The position numbers and the translations under genes are program-made. A stretch of DNA of 64,000 bases from assembly GCA_036172245.1 (NCBI GenBank), contig JAYWIR010000042.1, positions 1 through 64,000 of the forward strand. The letters run 5' to 3'. Source of the stretch: Raillietiella orientalis. Lineage: Eukaryota. Numbering within the stretch: the first letter of the stretch is position 1; the number at the start of each line of letters is the position of its first letter. Below, one piece after another: positions 61,441-64,000 of the stretch. The notes below the pieces were generated by a model. The model was not told the origin of the DNA and searched no databases. It saw only the letters and a program-made list of their open reading frames with translations.

Positions 61441-64000
61441 TTTTACCCGGTTACGCCAAAATGTTTGTTCAAAAAATAAACTCCAAGTCAGGGGGGAAAA
61501 GAGTCCCCTGAATACAAGAGAGGCCAAAAAAAGGGAAGCTCATTGGAGATGACCACCGGCAGGCAGGCCGGCTTCCAGAAAGTAAGGAACTGAAGGAGGA
61601 GACAATAAATAAATATATAAAAGATGGGAGAATAGAGACAGGGATCTTTGGTTTTAACCGTCCCTTTCTTCCTAGAGACTTCATATGATGCCGATCTCAA
61701 TGACCTTTTCTGGCAAATGAGGCCACCTTGCAGCCGTCCTCATGAAGGCGGCTGCCATGCTGGTGACCTCCCTTCGCAGCGAACGAGACTCCACAAATGG
61801 CGGGCTGTTACCATGGCGCGATGGCAACAGATAATTGCGACCACAGCATACGTCTTTAGCCCTCCTGGAGTGAACAAAGGAGCTCCACAGCAAGTCCGAA
61901 GTGGGGGTGGTTCTGCTGTCGACGGGGCGCCGAAGCCAGTCTCCGCCACATGTCCTCCAGGGCACTGCAACCAAACAGGCTCCAATCTCCCTAAACAGTT
62001 TGGGAATGCGACTCCCCCGGAAACCACGTGCCTGCCCTGGTTGCACCGGCAATACCAGTGCAGGAACAGCAGAGCATCCTGTGGTCTCCAATGGAATGGG
62101 AACACGGAGACGTCCTCACACGCGGAAGGGACTGCGAGTTCTTCGGGAAGCACACCGAGCGGGTCACTCCACCGAAGGAGTCTTTTTGCCTAGAAACCAG
62201 GAGTGGAGGCGTTCACCAGTTTGCTCGTCTTACAGCTTCCTGCAAAATGATAGGACTTCCCGACTCCTGTCATTTTGCAGGAGAACTCCCACCCTCGCCG
62301 CTCATTGTTTACACTGATGGTTATCTGGAATTACTGCGTCTAGTCTTGCAGAAGATTACCCAGAGGACTAAATAGGGGTCTACTCAGTAGAATCTTTGGA
62401 CCACGGATTGCAGATGGATCTGTCCTTGAACTTACTTTGTTTCCTCCTGAAGACACAAGCGCAGACGAGGGATGGCAACGTGAGCATCCCGAGTTCGCGG
62501 ACCCTATGAGCATGCCCTATGGCGTACATTGAAAGCCCCTGACGTGCAATGAGAGAAGCCCAGGGCAAGCAAACAAGGAAGCTGAACACGAGAGGAAGGA
62601 GGATAGTTCTTGACCCAAGGGGGCTTGTCAGATTCATTTGTATGACTGCGTCTGCATTGATCCGGGAAGTTTCTCAGTCCTCCTCGTTGGATGGACCAGC
62701 TGCCAGAGCGCTGCGACCGACGATCCCCTCTGATCGCCACGGCAACATCGAGAAGGCACGAGGAAAAGGAGCAGCTCAGGCGAATGAGACTCCGGACTCG
62801 ATGACGTCTGCCCGAAGCTGTTTGTGCCTCCGCTGGCGTCTTTCCTGCGCTGCCGCTTCCCGTAGTGCCATGTGATGACTGGTCTTCGGGAACCATCGGG
62901 AGCTGGGCCAGAGAAATGACCACGATCATGACTCTCTCAGAGGAGGCGGCAGGAACCTTGTCGGCACTAGCAGCATCTCCGGGACCAGCGATGAGAGCTC
63001 CACAGGCTGCCGCACCATCAGAGGGAACACCAGCATTCAGATCATCGCCGCTGGAGGCGAGAGCACCAGAGGTGGGAGTTCCAGAGGGGTTAGCAAGAGT
63101 AGCGTTGACCTTTCCTTGTGCCCTCCGGTCCTCGCTCCAGGAGATACCACGAAGGAGCCGGATTTCTCCACCTGCCTCCTCCCCCTGTAGGAGGGTTTTC
63201 CTTGGTTTCCTTGAGGGAGATGCGGCGGCACAAGCCGGAAAGCGAAGGTCACAGGAGGCGGCAGGAAGTTGTTTGGCCGGCCTCGGAAACGGGGGGAGCC
63301 ACTGACCGGAGGGACTCTTGAGGCACTCCCGCGTGCCAGCGGGCCGACCGGCTCCAGGCCCGCCGCTTCAGGAACTCGAAGACCATCGGGGGAACCGAGA
63401 GCTCGAATCCCTGCACGATCTTCACCCAGAGGGGGATGCGATATCTGGAGGCGCTTCATCCCGCCCGCCACGGGAGAAGAAGCAGACACGGAGGAAGGAC
63501 AAGAAGGGAAGCGCGCGACGAACTACGAGCGTCAGGAAGGAACGGCGGGAAGGGGACGCTCTTCACTACGGGGAGGGTCGAATCTCCAGCAGCAGAGGGG
63601 AAACTCTCATTCCGTGCCCGTCAGCGTTGCCGCAGCTGACCACTTGACAGTTCGCCACTTGGTCGGCTCGGCGGAGAGCAGCCTTTTTTTTTCCTGGAGG
63701 CTGTCGGTCCCGGACCGCCTGCAGAGGTGTCTCCCGCGGAGGTTTCTCCTGCAGCCCCTTGAGCGGGACTCCCGGAGCGTTCGACGTCAGGAACAGGCAG
63801 CAGGCGTGACGCGTCTCAGAAGCAACAACAAAAAAAAATAAAGGAAGAAAGGGGAGAAGGAAGGATGGAAGAGGGGGAACGAGAGCGTCCTGCAGAAGAG
63901 AATAAAAAGGAATCTCCGAGGTTAATCTGCGCGGCATCCTCTTTCTCATGCTCCTCCTGCCAGAGGCGCTCTTCGTTCAGGGAGAGCACCCAGGAATGGG
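61441..64000 (-). mobile_element. LINE copy with ORF1, start of endonuclease and C-terminus/3' UTR but apparently no RT (runs off the window end)
   Basis: ORF1-like GIRALGSPDG...PRFRGRPNN (~63400-63270) and a low-complexity tail; endonuclease start AFNVRH...LCLQEETK (~62540-62435); within ~400 bp, zf-RVT-like ET../LFLHWYC...RHLWSLVRC; 3' module at 61441-61572. Confidence 0.65.

Noticed and set aside
1..64000. CRISPR arrays, tRNA/rRNA genes, prokaryotic operons or defence systems
   Set aside because: No regularly spaced repeats, no recognisable structural RNA genes and no dense intact ORFs. The sequence is eukaryotic and mostly pseudogenic.

Overview
Eukaryotic nuclear DNA, most likely from a land plant with a large PLS-class PPR expansion (lycophyte, fern or hornwort type; this is inference). 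Almost none of the supplied six-frame ORFs is a real gene. The window has two parts. (1) About 1-6.9 kb is AT-rich and carries the 3' part of an unidentified multi-exon host gene on the minus strand, reconstructed as seven phase-consistent GT-AG exons. One of its introns holds a near full-length, decayed copy of a partiti-like dsRNA-virus capsid gene (~0.93-2.17 kb), antisense to the host gene. A second, less certain candidate viral insert (rhabdovirus-like glycoprotein, ~4.75-5.86 kb) lies nearby in the same orientation. (2) About 7-64 kb is a graveyard of roughly ten decayed, apparently intronless PPR (PLS/E/DYW-like) relics in both orientations. They are interleaved with L1-type LINE fragments and two Ty3/gypsy relics. 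Four LINE copies share a structured 3' module of three hairpins ending GGT(G)AAAA, and three have recognisable target-site duplications. A ~100-bp inverted duplication of a PPR fragment forms a proto-miRNA/hairpin-RNA-like structure. All protein-family calls come from manual translation and recalled motifs, not database searches. Boundaries of decayed elements are approximate.
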